32,000 nucleotides of DNA from Propionibacteriaceae bacterium (GTDB lineage: Bacteria > Actinomycetota > Actinomycetes > Propionibacteriales > Propionibacteriaceae): positions 20,413 through 52,412 of the forward strand of contig JAIRQE010000003.1 in assembly GCA_031256725.1 (NCBI GenBank), written 5' to 3'. The position numbers and the translations under genes were made by a program. Positions within the stretch are counted from its first letter, which is position 1. The number at the start of each line of letters is the position of its first letter. The notes below the pieces were generated by a model. It saw nothing but the letters and a program-made list of their open reading frames with translations, had not been told where the DNA came from and did no database searches. Positions 19,986-27,801 of this stretch are shown here, piece by piece.

Positions 19986-20261
19986 CTAAGCATGGGGAGT
20001 ACGCCAACCCATGCGGGTCGACAAAGATCTGGCTGCTTGATCGATGCGCTCAAGAACTTCGTTGTGATCAATAAGGGCACACAGACTATGGCGAAGGACG
20101 ATCTCACCAGTGACAATGACAGTGTCGACTGCAGAGGACTAGCTTGCGTAAACCAGGGAACGAACAGGATCGTAGAGTGGGTGAAGAGCTGCCCGTTGTT
20201 CATCAACAGTGAGAACAATACCGTGGGTGACAAGAAGATCTATGTCTTCGATGCTCGCCAT
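19986..20261 (-). pseudogene. Internally deleted amidohydrolase-superfamily remnant (N-terminal ~40 codons joined to C-terminal ~50 codons, in-frame TAG at 20139-20141)
   Basis: Own translation. GGAGGA (20271-20266) then ATG 20261 gives MASIEDIDLLVTHGIVLTVDEQRAALHPLYDPVRSLVYAS*, an amidohydrolase-type N-terminal beta-sandwich signature. The same frame continues SSAVDTVIVTGEIVLRHSLCALIDHNEVLERIDQAARSLSTRMGW, a typical C-terminus of deaminase or chlorohydrolase-like amidohydrolases. The ~300-aa catalytic barrel is missing. Confidence 0.4.
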
Positions 20262-20419
20262 TTTATCCTCCAAGTGATCGACTACCCTAAGAACTGGACC
20301 ACGAAAGGGCTGAGTATCTCAAGGTGTGTAAGATCCACAACAGTCTCAAGACCACGAATCAAGTCTGCTTGGATCCTTGTGTACTTACCCTAAGGAAGGG
20401 AATCCACGAGAGGATCCTT

Positions 20420-20704
20420 TGTGGTGTCATTCCACGTGAAATTGATGAGGCTGCTGAGGTAATGGGGCAAGTCATTGGAGACGACTCCTGAGTATTCATT
20501 TACCTCTCCTGAGACCGGGCTTGGTGACCACAGCTGTACTGAGCGCAATCATTATTTGGAATGATCTGACATTAGCCCTATCGCTTACGTTCTCCCAAGC
20601 GAAGCCAGTATCCCTCGTGGTGTGAGGCCGCGAACGATAAATCTCTGGGCAAAAAAATAGCTAGGATTGCTGGTGGAGCAATAGCTGTCGGAGCAGTCAA
20701 ATAA
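20420..20704 (+). pseudogene. Frameshifted C-terminal remnant of a carbohydrate ABC transporter permease (MalG/binding-protein-dependent family)
   Basis: Three frames each carry consecutive pieces of a permease C-terminus. They are GVIPREIDEAAEVMGQ (EAA loop), then IHLPLLRPGLVTTAVLSAIIIWNDLTLALSLTFSQAKPVSLVV*, then GKKIARIAGGAIAVGAVK* (stop 20702-20704). No N-terminal TM region is present upstream. Confidence 0.6.
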
Positions 20705-20725
20705 TGACAAGGAGATGGAAAAAGA

Positions 20726-21400
20726 ATGATGAGGGTGATTGAACAACTTCAAGGCGGGCTTATTGTCTCCTGCCAAGCAGCGGTAGACAGCCCCCTATTC
20801 GGTCCTGAAATGATGGCACGCATGGCTCAGGCGGCAGTCGCAGGGGGTGCTGTGGCCATTCGTGCCCGTGGTATGGATGATGTCCGGGCAATAAAAGAAG
20901 CAGTCGATGTTCCCGTGATAGGACTCACCAAGCGTGGTCACACAGGGGTATACATTACGCCGACAGTGGAGGATGCTGTGCATCTTCAGGAGGCGGGGGC
21001 AGATCTCATTGCAGTCGATGCAACCCTTCGTCCTCGACCTGATGGTTCGAGTCCGGCGGAACACCTTGCACGTCTTCATGAGTGCCTCAGCGTACCTGTT
21101 CTTGCAGACGTTGATACAGTTGAAGCTGGTCTTCAAGCCGAGCAATGTGGAGTGGCTATTCTTGCATCGACTCTGAGTGGATACACAGTCCCCGAAGAAT
21201 CATCTGGCCCTGACATTAGGATCATCGAAGAGTTGTCCACTTATGGCAATGTTCCAGTGATTGCTGAAGGGCGATACCAATCTGTTGAGGATATACGCTT
21301 GGCTCTGTCTGTAGGGGCTTGGGCTGTTGTCATTGGTGGTGCCATCACTGATCCAGTGGCAATAACTCGGCGTTTCGCAGAAGGGTTTAGGCGGAACTAG
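20726..21400 (+). CDS. nanE: N-acetylmannosamine-6-phosphate 2-epimerase
   Basis: AAGGAG RBS. LQGGLIVSCQA, VPVIGLTKR, YITPT and GADLIAVDATLRPRPDG match the NanE TIM-barrel signature. 224 aa. Confidence 0.9.
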   Translation: MMRVIEQLQGGLIVSCQAAVDSPLFGPEMMARMAQAAVAGGAVAIRARGMDDVRAIKEAVDVPVIGLTKRGHTGVYITPTVEDAVHLQEAGADLIAVDATLRPRPDGSSPAEHLARLHECLSVPVLADVDTVEAGLQAEQCGVAILASTLSGYTVPEESSGPDIRIIEELSTYGNVPVIAEGRYQSVEDIRLALSVGAWAVVIGGAITDPVAITRRFAEGFRRN

Positions 21401-21421
21401 TAGCTAGCAAGCTGAGGGTGG

Positions 21422-21511
21422 GGGTACATCTATCGCGAACACACTTCCGCAGTTGTTTCCTGAAGCAAACAACTCCTCTGTTCAGGAATACGGTTCGCGA
21501 CAGATGTACCC
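21422..21511. repeat. 90-nt nested palindromic element (19-bp outer stem with one mismatch; inner 8-bp and 6-bp stems)
   Basis: GGGTACATCTATCGCGAAC (21422-21440) pairs with GTTCGCGACAGATGTACCC (21493-21511). Inner pairs are AGTTGTTT/AAACAACT and CCTGAA/TTCAGG. It lies between the convergent nanE and GNAT genes and has no flanking T-tract. Confidence 0.7.
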
Positions 21512-21539
21512 ACTCCCCGCGTATATCAGCCATGAGGTA

Positions 21540-22286
21540 CTAATCCACTGGGGTGTCGATATCAGAGTAGGGGCCTCGTATCCCCTTGGTCATCCACCAG
21601 AGATTGCGAGTGGAGATCTCGAAACCCATCTTGCGCTGAAGTCGTTCGGAGGCATCATTTCCGACGATGATGTGGTCGTGGGGGATACGACCTTGGGTTA
21701 GGAGTGAGTTGGTGAGGAAGGTCACGAGGTATTCAGCCAGACCTTGACGGCGGTGTTCTTCGAGGATAACCAGCATCCCCATGGAACCCTCTTCGTGGAG
21801 GCCAATGAATCCTAGGATCTGTTCGCCTGAGAATACTCCCCAGACTTCGCCAGCTTCGATTCGACCTCTCACGTAACTGGGAGTGTCCATCGCATAGTGA
21901 TCGCAGACCCAGCCGACCCAATCTGTACCAAGGCGGTCAATGCGTAAATCTGGGCGATCTATCTCAGGTAATCCAGGCCCAAGGTAGGCCGATGAAACAC
22001 ATTTCACATGACGGGTGAGATTGTATTTCTTTTCGACGATAGGGATGGCGAAGGATTCGTGAACAATCATGAGTCGGCAGTGGTTTGGATCCAGTTCAGC
22101 CAACATCGCGTGTACTGTTTCTTCGTTTGCGGCAGAAATCATGCAAACATCAGTACGAGTGCTTCTCAGGAGTACTCCAGAAGAGCTTGCAGCGAGAATA
22201 CTGGAGACTCCACGCTGAAGGGAATCAATCATCACAGCATGAAAGACCTTGTCATTAAGGTAATTTGACACAACTTGTATTGTCAT
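21540..22286 (-). CDS. GNAT-family N-acetyltransferase (C-terminal GNAT domain, uncharacterised N-terminal half)
   Basis: C-terminal MLVILEEHRRQGLAEYLVTFLTNSLL...NDASERLQRKMGFE carries the acetyl-CoA-binding R-x-x-G-x-A motif. Its ATG overlaps the zur stop (ATGA at 22286). Confidence 0.8.
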   Translation of the reverse strand: MTIQVVSNYLNDKVFHAVMIDSLQRGVSSILAASSSGVLLRSTRTDVCMISAANEETVHAMLAELDPNHCRLMIVHESFAIPIVEKKYNLTRHVKCVSSAYLGPGLPEIDRPDLRIDRLGTDWVGWVCDHYAMDTPSYVRGRIEAGEVWGVFSGEQILGFIGLHEEGSMGMLVILEEHRRQGLAEYLVTFLTNSLLTQGRIPHDHIIVGNDASERLQRKMGFEISTRNLWWMTKGIRGPYSDIDTPVD

Positions 22287-22792
22287 TATTCTCCGTTGGT
22301 TGCATCGTCACTGCGCGGTTCCACGTCGCAGAATCCGTGTACCCTATGTGGATCCTGCGACTGGTGCGCAGGATGACCTGATTGCTCATCATCCTGGCAG
22401 GAGGGGCACAGTCCAGTGATCTCAGTGATATGGGAGATCTCAGTGAATCCATGGACTATAGCTAAGGTGGCAGCCCAGGTTTCGACCGGGTCGTCAACCA
22501 ATTCAATGGTACAGCCGCAGGTACGACATCTGAGATGGTGATGATGGTGGGGGGAGCATTTTCGGTAGGCGGACTGCCCGTTAGAGGTGAGTTGGTCGAT
22601 TTCTCCCAGGTCAGCCATAGAGGCGAGGGTGCGGTAGATAGTTGGGAGGCTCACAGAGGTACCCTGTGCCCTCAGCCCATCATGTACCTGTTGGGCTGTT
22701 TGGAAGTCTGCAGTATTGCCAAGGTAGTCCGAGATCGCACTACGCTGGCGGGTGCGTCGCCCAACATCAGTGTTCGTCATAATGTTCTCCAT
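22286..22792 (-). CDS. zur: Fur-family zinc uptake regulator (Zur)
   Basis: Track ORF extends to 22987 inside znuB. Realistic starts are ATG 22792 (MENIMTNTD) or 22780. The protein has a DNA-binding wHTH (SLPTIYRTLASMADLGEI), metal sites HHHHHLRCRTCG and CPSC, and an extra ~30-aa C-terminal tail. It is last but one in the zinc uptake operon. Confidence 0.85.
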   Translation of the reverse strand: MENIMTNTDVGRRTRQRSAISDYLGNTADFQTAQQVHDGLRAQGTSVSLPTIYRTLASMADLGEIDQLTSNGQSAYRKCSPHHHHHLRCRTCGCTIELVDDPVETWAATLAIVHGFTEISHITEITGLCPSCQDDEQSGHPAHQSQDPHRVHGFCDVEPRSDDATNGE

Positions 22793-23750
22793 GGGGTGCG
22801 TGAAGATGGCCGTCATGAATGTAGTCGATGTGGTCCCCGTGCTGTACCGTGGGATGCCCGCAGCCTGGGCCGTGAACATGGTCGTGTTCCTCGGAATGCT
22901 CATGGGGTTGAGGGTGGGGATCCACAATGTCGCGCGCGGGATGGATGTGGCGATGATAGAGGGAAGCAATGGGCCAGGATAGAGCAAAGAAGCCGATGGT
23001 GATCAGTACAATCATCGCACCTGGGGCAAGGTCGGCATAGACGCAGATGAGGTAGCCAGCAACACTGGACACCAGGCCGATCCCCATGGCCCCCCACATG
23101 CCCTTGTAGAAGCCTTTGAAAAGATTCTGGGCGGCAGCCACGGGGATGACCATCAGGGCGCTGACCAGCAGGAGTCCCACTGTTCTCATGGCTGTGGTAA
23201 CGGTGATGGCTGCCAGAATCACGATCAGATAGTTGTACAGTCGAACAGGAATTCCAAGGGTTTTGGCAAACTCTTCATCCGCGCTGATCGCGAAGAATTG
23301 GGGGGATAACCCCAATGCGACGACGAGGATTACCGCTGCGAGTCCTCCTACGATCAACAGATCAGTCGTCGAAATCGCGTTGAGGGAACCGAAGAGGTAG
23401 CTCGACAGTCCACCTGCACCCTTGCCTGCGATAGAGGCCATGAGTACACCGGCAGCTAGGCCACCATAAAAGAGGATCGCTAGCCCGATGTCACCAGTGG
23501 CACGCCCCTTCTGGCGTAGGGTTTCGATGAGGATAGCTCCTGCAATGCAGATCCCCACAGCCCAGGGGAGGGGCGCTGCCCCGGTCATCAATGCGAGACC
23601 AACCCCTGCGATGGCGACATGGCCAAGCCCGTCTCCTAAGAGGGAGAGTCGCCGCTGGACGATATAGGTACCAATGGTTGGGGCTGAGACTCCTACCAGG
23701 GCTGCAGCTAGGAGTGCCCGCTGAATGAAGGCGAAGGCTAGAAACTCCAT
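22767..23750 (-). CDS. znuB: ABC-3 family metal (zinc) transporter permease with 62-aa His-rich C-terminal tail
   Basis: Polytopic membrane protein with an ABC-3 type sequence (LLGDGLGHVAIAGVGLAL...). The tail is HRHIHPARDIVDPHPQPHEHSEEHDHVHGPGCGHPTVQHGDHIDYIHDGHLHAPHGEHYDEH. Confidence 0.9.
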   Translation of the reverse strand: MEFLAFAFIQRALLAAALVGVSAPTIGTYIVQRRLSLLGDGLGHVAIAGVGLALMTGAAPLPWAVGICIAGAILIETLRQKGRATGDIGLAILFYGGLAAGVLMASIAGKGAGGLSSYLFGSLNAISTTDLLIVGGLAAVILVVALGLSPQFFAISADEEFAKTLGIPVRLYNYLIVILAAITVTTAMRTVGLLLVSALMVIPVAAAQNLFKGFYKGMWGAMGIGLVSSVAGYLICVYADLAPGAMIVLITIGFFALSWPIASLYHRHIHPARDIVDPHPQPHEHSEEHDHVHGPGCGHPTVQHGDHIDYIHDGHLHAPHGEHYDEH

Positions 23751-24478
23751 GTCTGCTCCATTCCTGTAAGAAGATGGGTACGTTCTGGAGGATTGGTGGG
23801 GTGGTTTCCGTGGTGACCATCTGTGGTCAATGGCCCGTCGTAGATCAGCCGTCCCTCTCTCAAGATTAGGGTACGGTCAAGGATCTCGGATAAAGCCATG
23901 GTTTCATGGAGTACAACAACCATTGTGCCTGCAAATCCACGCAGAGATTCAGCGATCTTGACTTGGTTAGTGAGATCAACCCCAGCAAAGGGCTCATCCA
24001 TAATGATGACCGCTGGACGGTTCACGATGCCACGGGCAATGAGTACACGTTGCTGTTGTCCACCCGAAAGATGGAGGTAGGCTTCGTTGGCATGGTTAGC
24101 CAGATCCACTATCTCTAGGGATTCCATGACCCGTATGCGCTCCCGTGATCCTATCCATCCGATAGGTCGATGGGCGAGGGTACCCGAGGCAACAACTTCA
24201 GCCACTGTGGTGGCATGGAGTGAGACCGATGCTCGTTGGGGGACGTACCCTATCTGATTCCAGGCGCGGAAACTATCGAGAGGTTTTCCCAGGATTTCTA
24301 TACGACCTCGTTGGAAGCGGCGAAGTCCAAAGATGGCTTTGATAAGGGTGGTTTTCCCGGACCCATTGGAGCCGAGGAGACCAACGGCTTGACCTTCCTC
24401 AATGGCGAAGGAGATCTCCTTGAGGACGGGGAGCCCATTGAGGCTCAAAGACAGTGAATCGACTGTGATGGTATTCAT
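23738..24478 (-). CDS. znuC: Metal (zinc) ABC transporter ATP-binding protein
   Basis: Walker A GSNGSGKTT, signature LSGGQQQR, Walker B VIIMDEPFAGVD. Overlaps znuA (ATGA) and znuB (13 nt). Confidence 0.9.
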   Translation of the reverse strand: MNTITVDSLSLSLNGLPVLKEISFAIEEGQAVGLLGSNGSGKTTLIKAIFGLRRFQRGRIEILGKPLDSFRAWNQIGYVPQRASVSLHATTVAEVVASGTLAHRPIGWIGSRERIRVMESLEIVDLANHANEAYLHLSGGQQQRVLIARGIVNRPAVIIMDEPFAGVDLTNQVKIAESLRGFAGTMVVVLHETMALSEILDRTLILREGRLIYDGPLTTDGHHGNHPTNPPERTHLLTGMEQTWSF

Positions 24479-25380
24479 GAGCAGGTGTTCGCAAGTCTGA
24501 GGGCACTGAGATTGGAGGCCATGATGGTGGGGTAGTCATCTCCACGAGATTCGGAAGTGATTCCTTCAAGGGGATCAAGTTGGTCCGTTTTCAAACCAAG
24601 ATCAGTGGCGATGGTTTGGGCTAGAGCTGGGGAGGCAAGGGTTTCGAAGAAGACAGTTGTGAGTGTGTGCTCTTCAGCGATTTCATGGATTTCTGCGATA
24701 CGTACTGGGCTCGGATCAGCATCAGGGGAGAGTCCTGAGATGGCAACCTGGGTGAGGTTATAGCGCTCAGCGAGGTACCCAAAGGCTGCATGGGTAGTGA
24801 GGAAAACCCTAAGTTCACAGGTGGATAATCCATCTATAAAATCCTCATCAAGGTTCTGGAGTCTTTCCTTGAGTTTAGTCAGCCTGAGTACATAGGTACC
24901 TTCGTTGACGGGGTCAATCTGAATCAACTGAGTGGCAATCTCTTGGGCGACCACCATCATTTTCGTTGGGTCAAGCCAGACATGGGGGTCTAGGGTGCCA
25001 TGATTGTGTTCACCATGATCGTCTGAATTCTCGTCATGGGCTTCAAGTGAGATGACTGACGTGACATCAAGTACCCTGCCAGCAGGTGACTCCTGTACGG
25101 CTGAATCTACGGCAGGCTGGAACCCCGACTGGAAGATTACAAGATCAGCAGTGATAAGGGTGGCGACCTGACGGGCAGTTAACTCCAAATCGTGGGGTTC
25201 TGCCCCAGGGGTGGTGAGATTCGTCACTGTCACATGCTCCCCACCGATCGACTCAGCGAGATAGGCATAGGGATAGAGTCCGACAACCACTGAGACGGAA
25301 TCTGAGGTCGTGGGGGTCGCCTGACATCCAGTGAGTACCAAAGCCAGCCCAGCAAGTACCCCCACAACGCGAAGTTTCAT
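24475..25380 (-). CDS. znuA: Zinc ABC transporter substrate-binding lipoprotein (cluster A-I SBP)
   Basis: Track start is TTG 25395; ATG 25380 gives MKLRVVGVLAGLALVLTGC with the lipobox LTGC. The His/Asp-rich loop HDENSDDHGEHNHGTLDPHVW is typical of ZnuA/AdcA rather than Mn-specific SBPs. Confidence 0.9.
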   Translation of the reverse strand: MKLRVVGVLAGLALVLTGCQATPTTSDSVSVVVGLYPYAYLAESIGGEHVTVTNLTTPGAEPHDLELTARQVATLITADLVIFQSGFQPAVDSAVQESPAGRVLDVTSVISLEAHDENSDDHGEHNHGTLDPHVWLDPTKMMVVAQEIATQLIQIDPVNEGTYVLRLTKLKERLQNLDEDFIDGLSTCELRVFLTTHAAFGYLAERYNLTQVAISGLSPDADPSPVRIAEIHEIAEEHTLTTVFFETLASPALAQTIATDLGLKTDQLDPLEGITSESRGDDYPTIMASNLSALRLANTCS

Positions 25381-25417
25381 GAGAATCATTATCAATAAGC
25401 ATGTGGGTGTTTGTCAA
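25380..25417 (-). promoter_or_regulatory. Zinc operon promoter with an overlapping Zur box; predicted leaderless transcript
   Basis: Reading the minus strand: TTGACA (25417-25412), a 17-18 nt spacer, then GATAAT (25393-25388). The 7-1-7 palindrome TGATAAT-G-ATTCTCA (25394-25380) resembles the actinobacterial Zur box TGAnAAT-N-ATTnTCA. Its last base is the A of the znuA ATG. Confidence 0.55.
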
Positions 25418-25502
25418 GTAGTCGACGACAATCATAAATAGTGCCCGCGTAGTGGGTGCCTTTGTGCTCTATTCGGAATTTGTTAAAATAGCTAAAACAC
25501 CA

Positions 25503-25542
25503 CAATGTGGAGTAGATCACTTAGGATATCTACTCCACATTG
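25503..25542. repeat. Perfect 15-bp stem / 10-nt loop hairpin (CAATGTGGAGTAGAT ... ATCTACTCCACATTG)
   Basis: Read directly; arms at 25503-25517 and 25528-25542. There is no T-tract. It lies in a divergent intergenic region at the left edge of the AT-rich segment. Confidence 0.7.
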
Positions 25543-25719
25543 GGTGGCCTTAAGCCAACCATTCACGGAAGCGGAACACGATGCTTCTTCGAGTCCTAGA
25601 TCAATCTCCTGATCACGGTCGCAACCTGCCAAGGTCAATCATGTCCAGTCATCCGAGATTGCAGTGCTTATTGAATATAGATAGCCTGATGGCTAGTATG
25701 AAGAACTTTAATAGTTATA

Positions 25720-26295
25720 ATGCCGGACTCATCCCTCAAACCCATATGGCTCACGAAGGGAATCCAGTTGGAGCAGTCTAGAACTCACAAGAGTTTTTCG
25801 ATCGGTGAAAATGGCTTGGCTCACTTACCTGGCCAGGCCCTGAGTTATTGGCGGATACATGCAGTTTTTACCGCCGCTTTCGCTGTGGTCTTCCTAACAG
25901 TAGTTTGGATTTTTGTCCGAGGGTATAGTCAGCGAATAACGGATATTTACATAATCCTCGTCGCAAGCATCACTGTATTGGTCTCCATTGATTTACTCAT
26001 AGCACTAAAATGGAAGTTCCGGCACTATTCCTTTACTGTGACTGGAAACTATATATATGTAGTACAAGGTAGATTCATTCGAAGAGCCCTGCTTATTCCC
26101 ATTCGATGCGTAATTTCCGTTGAGGCACTACAAGGCCCACTTATGCGTTCCCTGGGCCTATATTCCCTGGAAATTACGACTCTGCTGAAAATCGATTCAT
26201 TCGGACCTTTCACTCTTGATATCGCAGACGAACTAAGGGCCACGATTACACAGGCACATTCTTTTTCGAACACACCTTCCATGGAGTCCGTATAA
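25720..26295 (+). CDS. Membrane protein with a bacterial PH domain (bPH_2/PF03703), YdbS-like
   Basis: 191 aa. Two predicted TM helices (AVFTAAFAVVFLTVVWIFV, IYIILVASITVLVSIDLLIAL) are followed by YSFTVTGNYIYVVQGRFIRRALLIPIRCVISVEALQGPLMRSLGLYSLEITT, the YdbS-type bPH signature. Confidence 0.8.
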   Translation: MPDSSLKPIWLTKGIQLEQSRTHKSFSIGENGLAHLPGQALSYWRIHAVFTAAFAVVFLTVVWIFVRGYSQRITDIYIILVASITVLVSIDLLIALKWKFRHYSFTVTGNYIYVVQGRFIRRALLIPIRCVISVEALQGPLMRSLGLYSLEITTLLKIDSFGPFTLDIADELRATITQAHSFSNTPSMESV

Positions 26296-26298
26296 ATC

Positions 26299-27801
26299 AT
26301 GGGAGAGAGTTTTCGCTGCCCGTTTCGCTCTGTGCTGGCAAGCTACGTTCGTTCGATTCCTCAAATGATTGCTTGGCCAGCACTCGCACTACTGTGGTGG
26401 AGTGTTCTTGATGGCCCACTCAGGTATTCAGGAGTGGTAATAGTTGCAGGAATTATTATATTTGATATTGTTGGTCCATTAGTTGAGTGGCGTACAAATA
26501 CATATAGTTACTCAAGTGAACGAGTTGAACATCGTCGCGGATTGTTTAGTCGTAGTATATATAGTATCTTATGGAGTGAGATACAGTCCACGAAAGCCGA
26601 AGCAAACTGGAGTCAAAGGCTCTTCGGTATTACAACATTGACTCTAAAGAATTCATCAGAATTGGATCGCGAGATTTCTTTTCCTGGAATTCCTTTAGAA
26701 ATTGCTGAAACCCTTCAGCAGCATGCTTCTATTGCTGGGAGAAGTGAAAAGGGACCTTCCAAAGGCGAAGTCTATTCACATATAGAACTCAAAGAGTCTG
26801 ATGATGAAGATGCCATCCTTGCTCACTCGGAACTCCAGGAAATCGCCCCCTCTGATAATGGAAATCTTATTTTACAAACAAATACCTTTCAGATTATATT
26901 GTACGGAGTTCTCAATGGTAAAGTGATTATTCTCTTGCCGAGCATACTACTCACATCTTGGGGTCTGCTGGACGGTTATTCAGATACAATGATATTGGTC
27001 GAATGGAGTCGTTTTGTCCCCATGCCACTCCTGGTAGGAATTGTTCTAATATTAGCAATCCTAATCGCAGTTGTCACTATATCCCTACGTTATTACTCAT
27101 TTCGTGTTGATTTCGATTCTGGATCTTTCCGAGTTCGCTACGGATGGCCTGAGCCCAAATCTAGAGTCATCCCAGGCGAATCGATAGTCGGAATAATGCT
27201 ATCTCAAAATATTGCCGAAAAAGCCCTCTCCCGGTGCAGGGTTCGTTTTATGACTAAAGATAGTGATCTTCTCTCAGAGAGTAATCTAGTATTTCCGTCA
27301 CTAAGTCTTTCCAAACTATCCAGATTTGACGGTCATCCAGTGGCGGAGTTGATTGCATGCGCAAAGAATAGTGTCACGGGAATAGGACCAAGAGGTGTAT
27401 TTTCCTCTTTCATTGCACTCACGCTACTGTTTTCAGCTAGCCTGGGCCTCGGATTCTCCGCCAAAGTAATATTTGGACTTCATCTTTTCGTGGTTGCCCC
27501 CATGTCACTCAGTGTCTTTTTTATAGGATACCATATTATCCGTCTCCTATCCACAAGAATTCGTATTACTGCAGACAAATTGTCTTATTATTCACCTCTC
27601 CCCAACGCTCGTGTGGTAGTTGCGTGTACTGGTTCCTTGCATGGACTCCGAATGGTGCGCTGGAATAAAAGAAGTAAACGGGCTTTCACTACTATCGGCA
27701 TCTACACTCATAAATCATATTACTTAAGATCTGTTCAAGGGAGTGGAGCCTGGGTGGATGATATTCAATCAAGATTGATCGAAGGAAAACCTCATGATTG
27801 A
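26299..27801 (+). CDS. Membrane protein with three bPH_2 repeats, YdbT-like
   Basis: 500 aa. The architecture repeats three times: a TM hairpin followed by a bPH-like segment (e.g. YSYSSERVEHRRGLFSRSIYSILWSEIQSTKAEANWSQRLFGITTLTL; YYSFRVDFDSGSFRVRYGW...). It starts 4 nt after the YdbS-like stop. Confidence 0.8.
   Translation: MGESFRCPFRSVLASYVRSIPQMIAWPALALLWWSVLDGPLRYSGVVIVAGIIIFDIVGPLVEWRTNTYSYSSERVEHRRGLFSRSIYSILWSEIQSTKAEANWSQRLFGITTLTLKNSSELDREISFPGIPLEIAETLQQHASIAGRSEKGPSKGEVYSHIELKESDDEDAILAHSELQEIAPSDNGNLILQTNTFQIILYGVLNGKVIILLPSILLTSWGLLDGYSDTMILVEWSRFVPMPLLVGIVLILAILIAVVTISLRYYSFRVDFDSGSFRVRYGWPEPKSRVIPGESIVGIMLSQNIAEKALSRCRVRFMTKDSDLLSESNLVFPSLSLSKLSRFDGHPVAELIACAKNSVTGIGPRGVFSSFIALTLLFSASLGLGFSAKVIFGLHLFVVAPMSLSVFFIGYHIIRLLSTRIRITADKLSYYSPLPNARVVVACTGSLHGLRMVRWNKRSKRAFTTIGIYTHKSYYLRSVQGSGAWVDDIQSRLIEGKPHD

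Noticed and set aside
19916-20393. Track ORFs 19965-20393 (+, 142 aa) and 19916-20233 (-, 105 aa)
   Set aside because: Neither resembles a protein family. The third minus frame gives the recognisable amidohydrolase N- and C-terminal relics, which better explain the region.
21044-21060. tRNA T-arm-like GGTTCGAGTCC
   Set aside because: It lies inside the nanE coding frame and has no acceptor, D-arm or anticodon-arm context. No other tRNA-like signatures appear in the window.
25581-25781. 66-aa plus-strand ORF in the znuA/YdbS-like intergenic region
   Set aside because: It overlaps the start of the YdbS-like gene in another frame, has no RBS and an unremarkable sequence.
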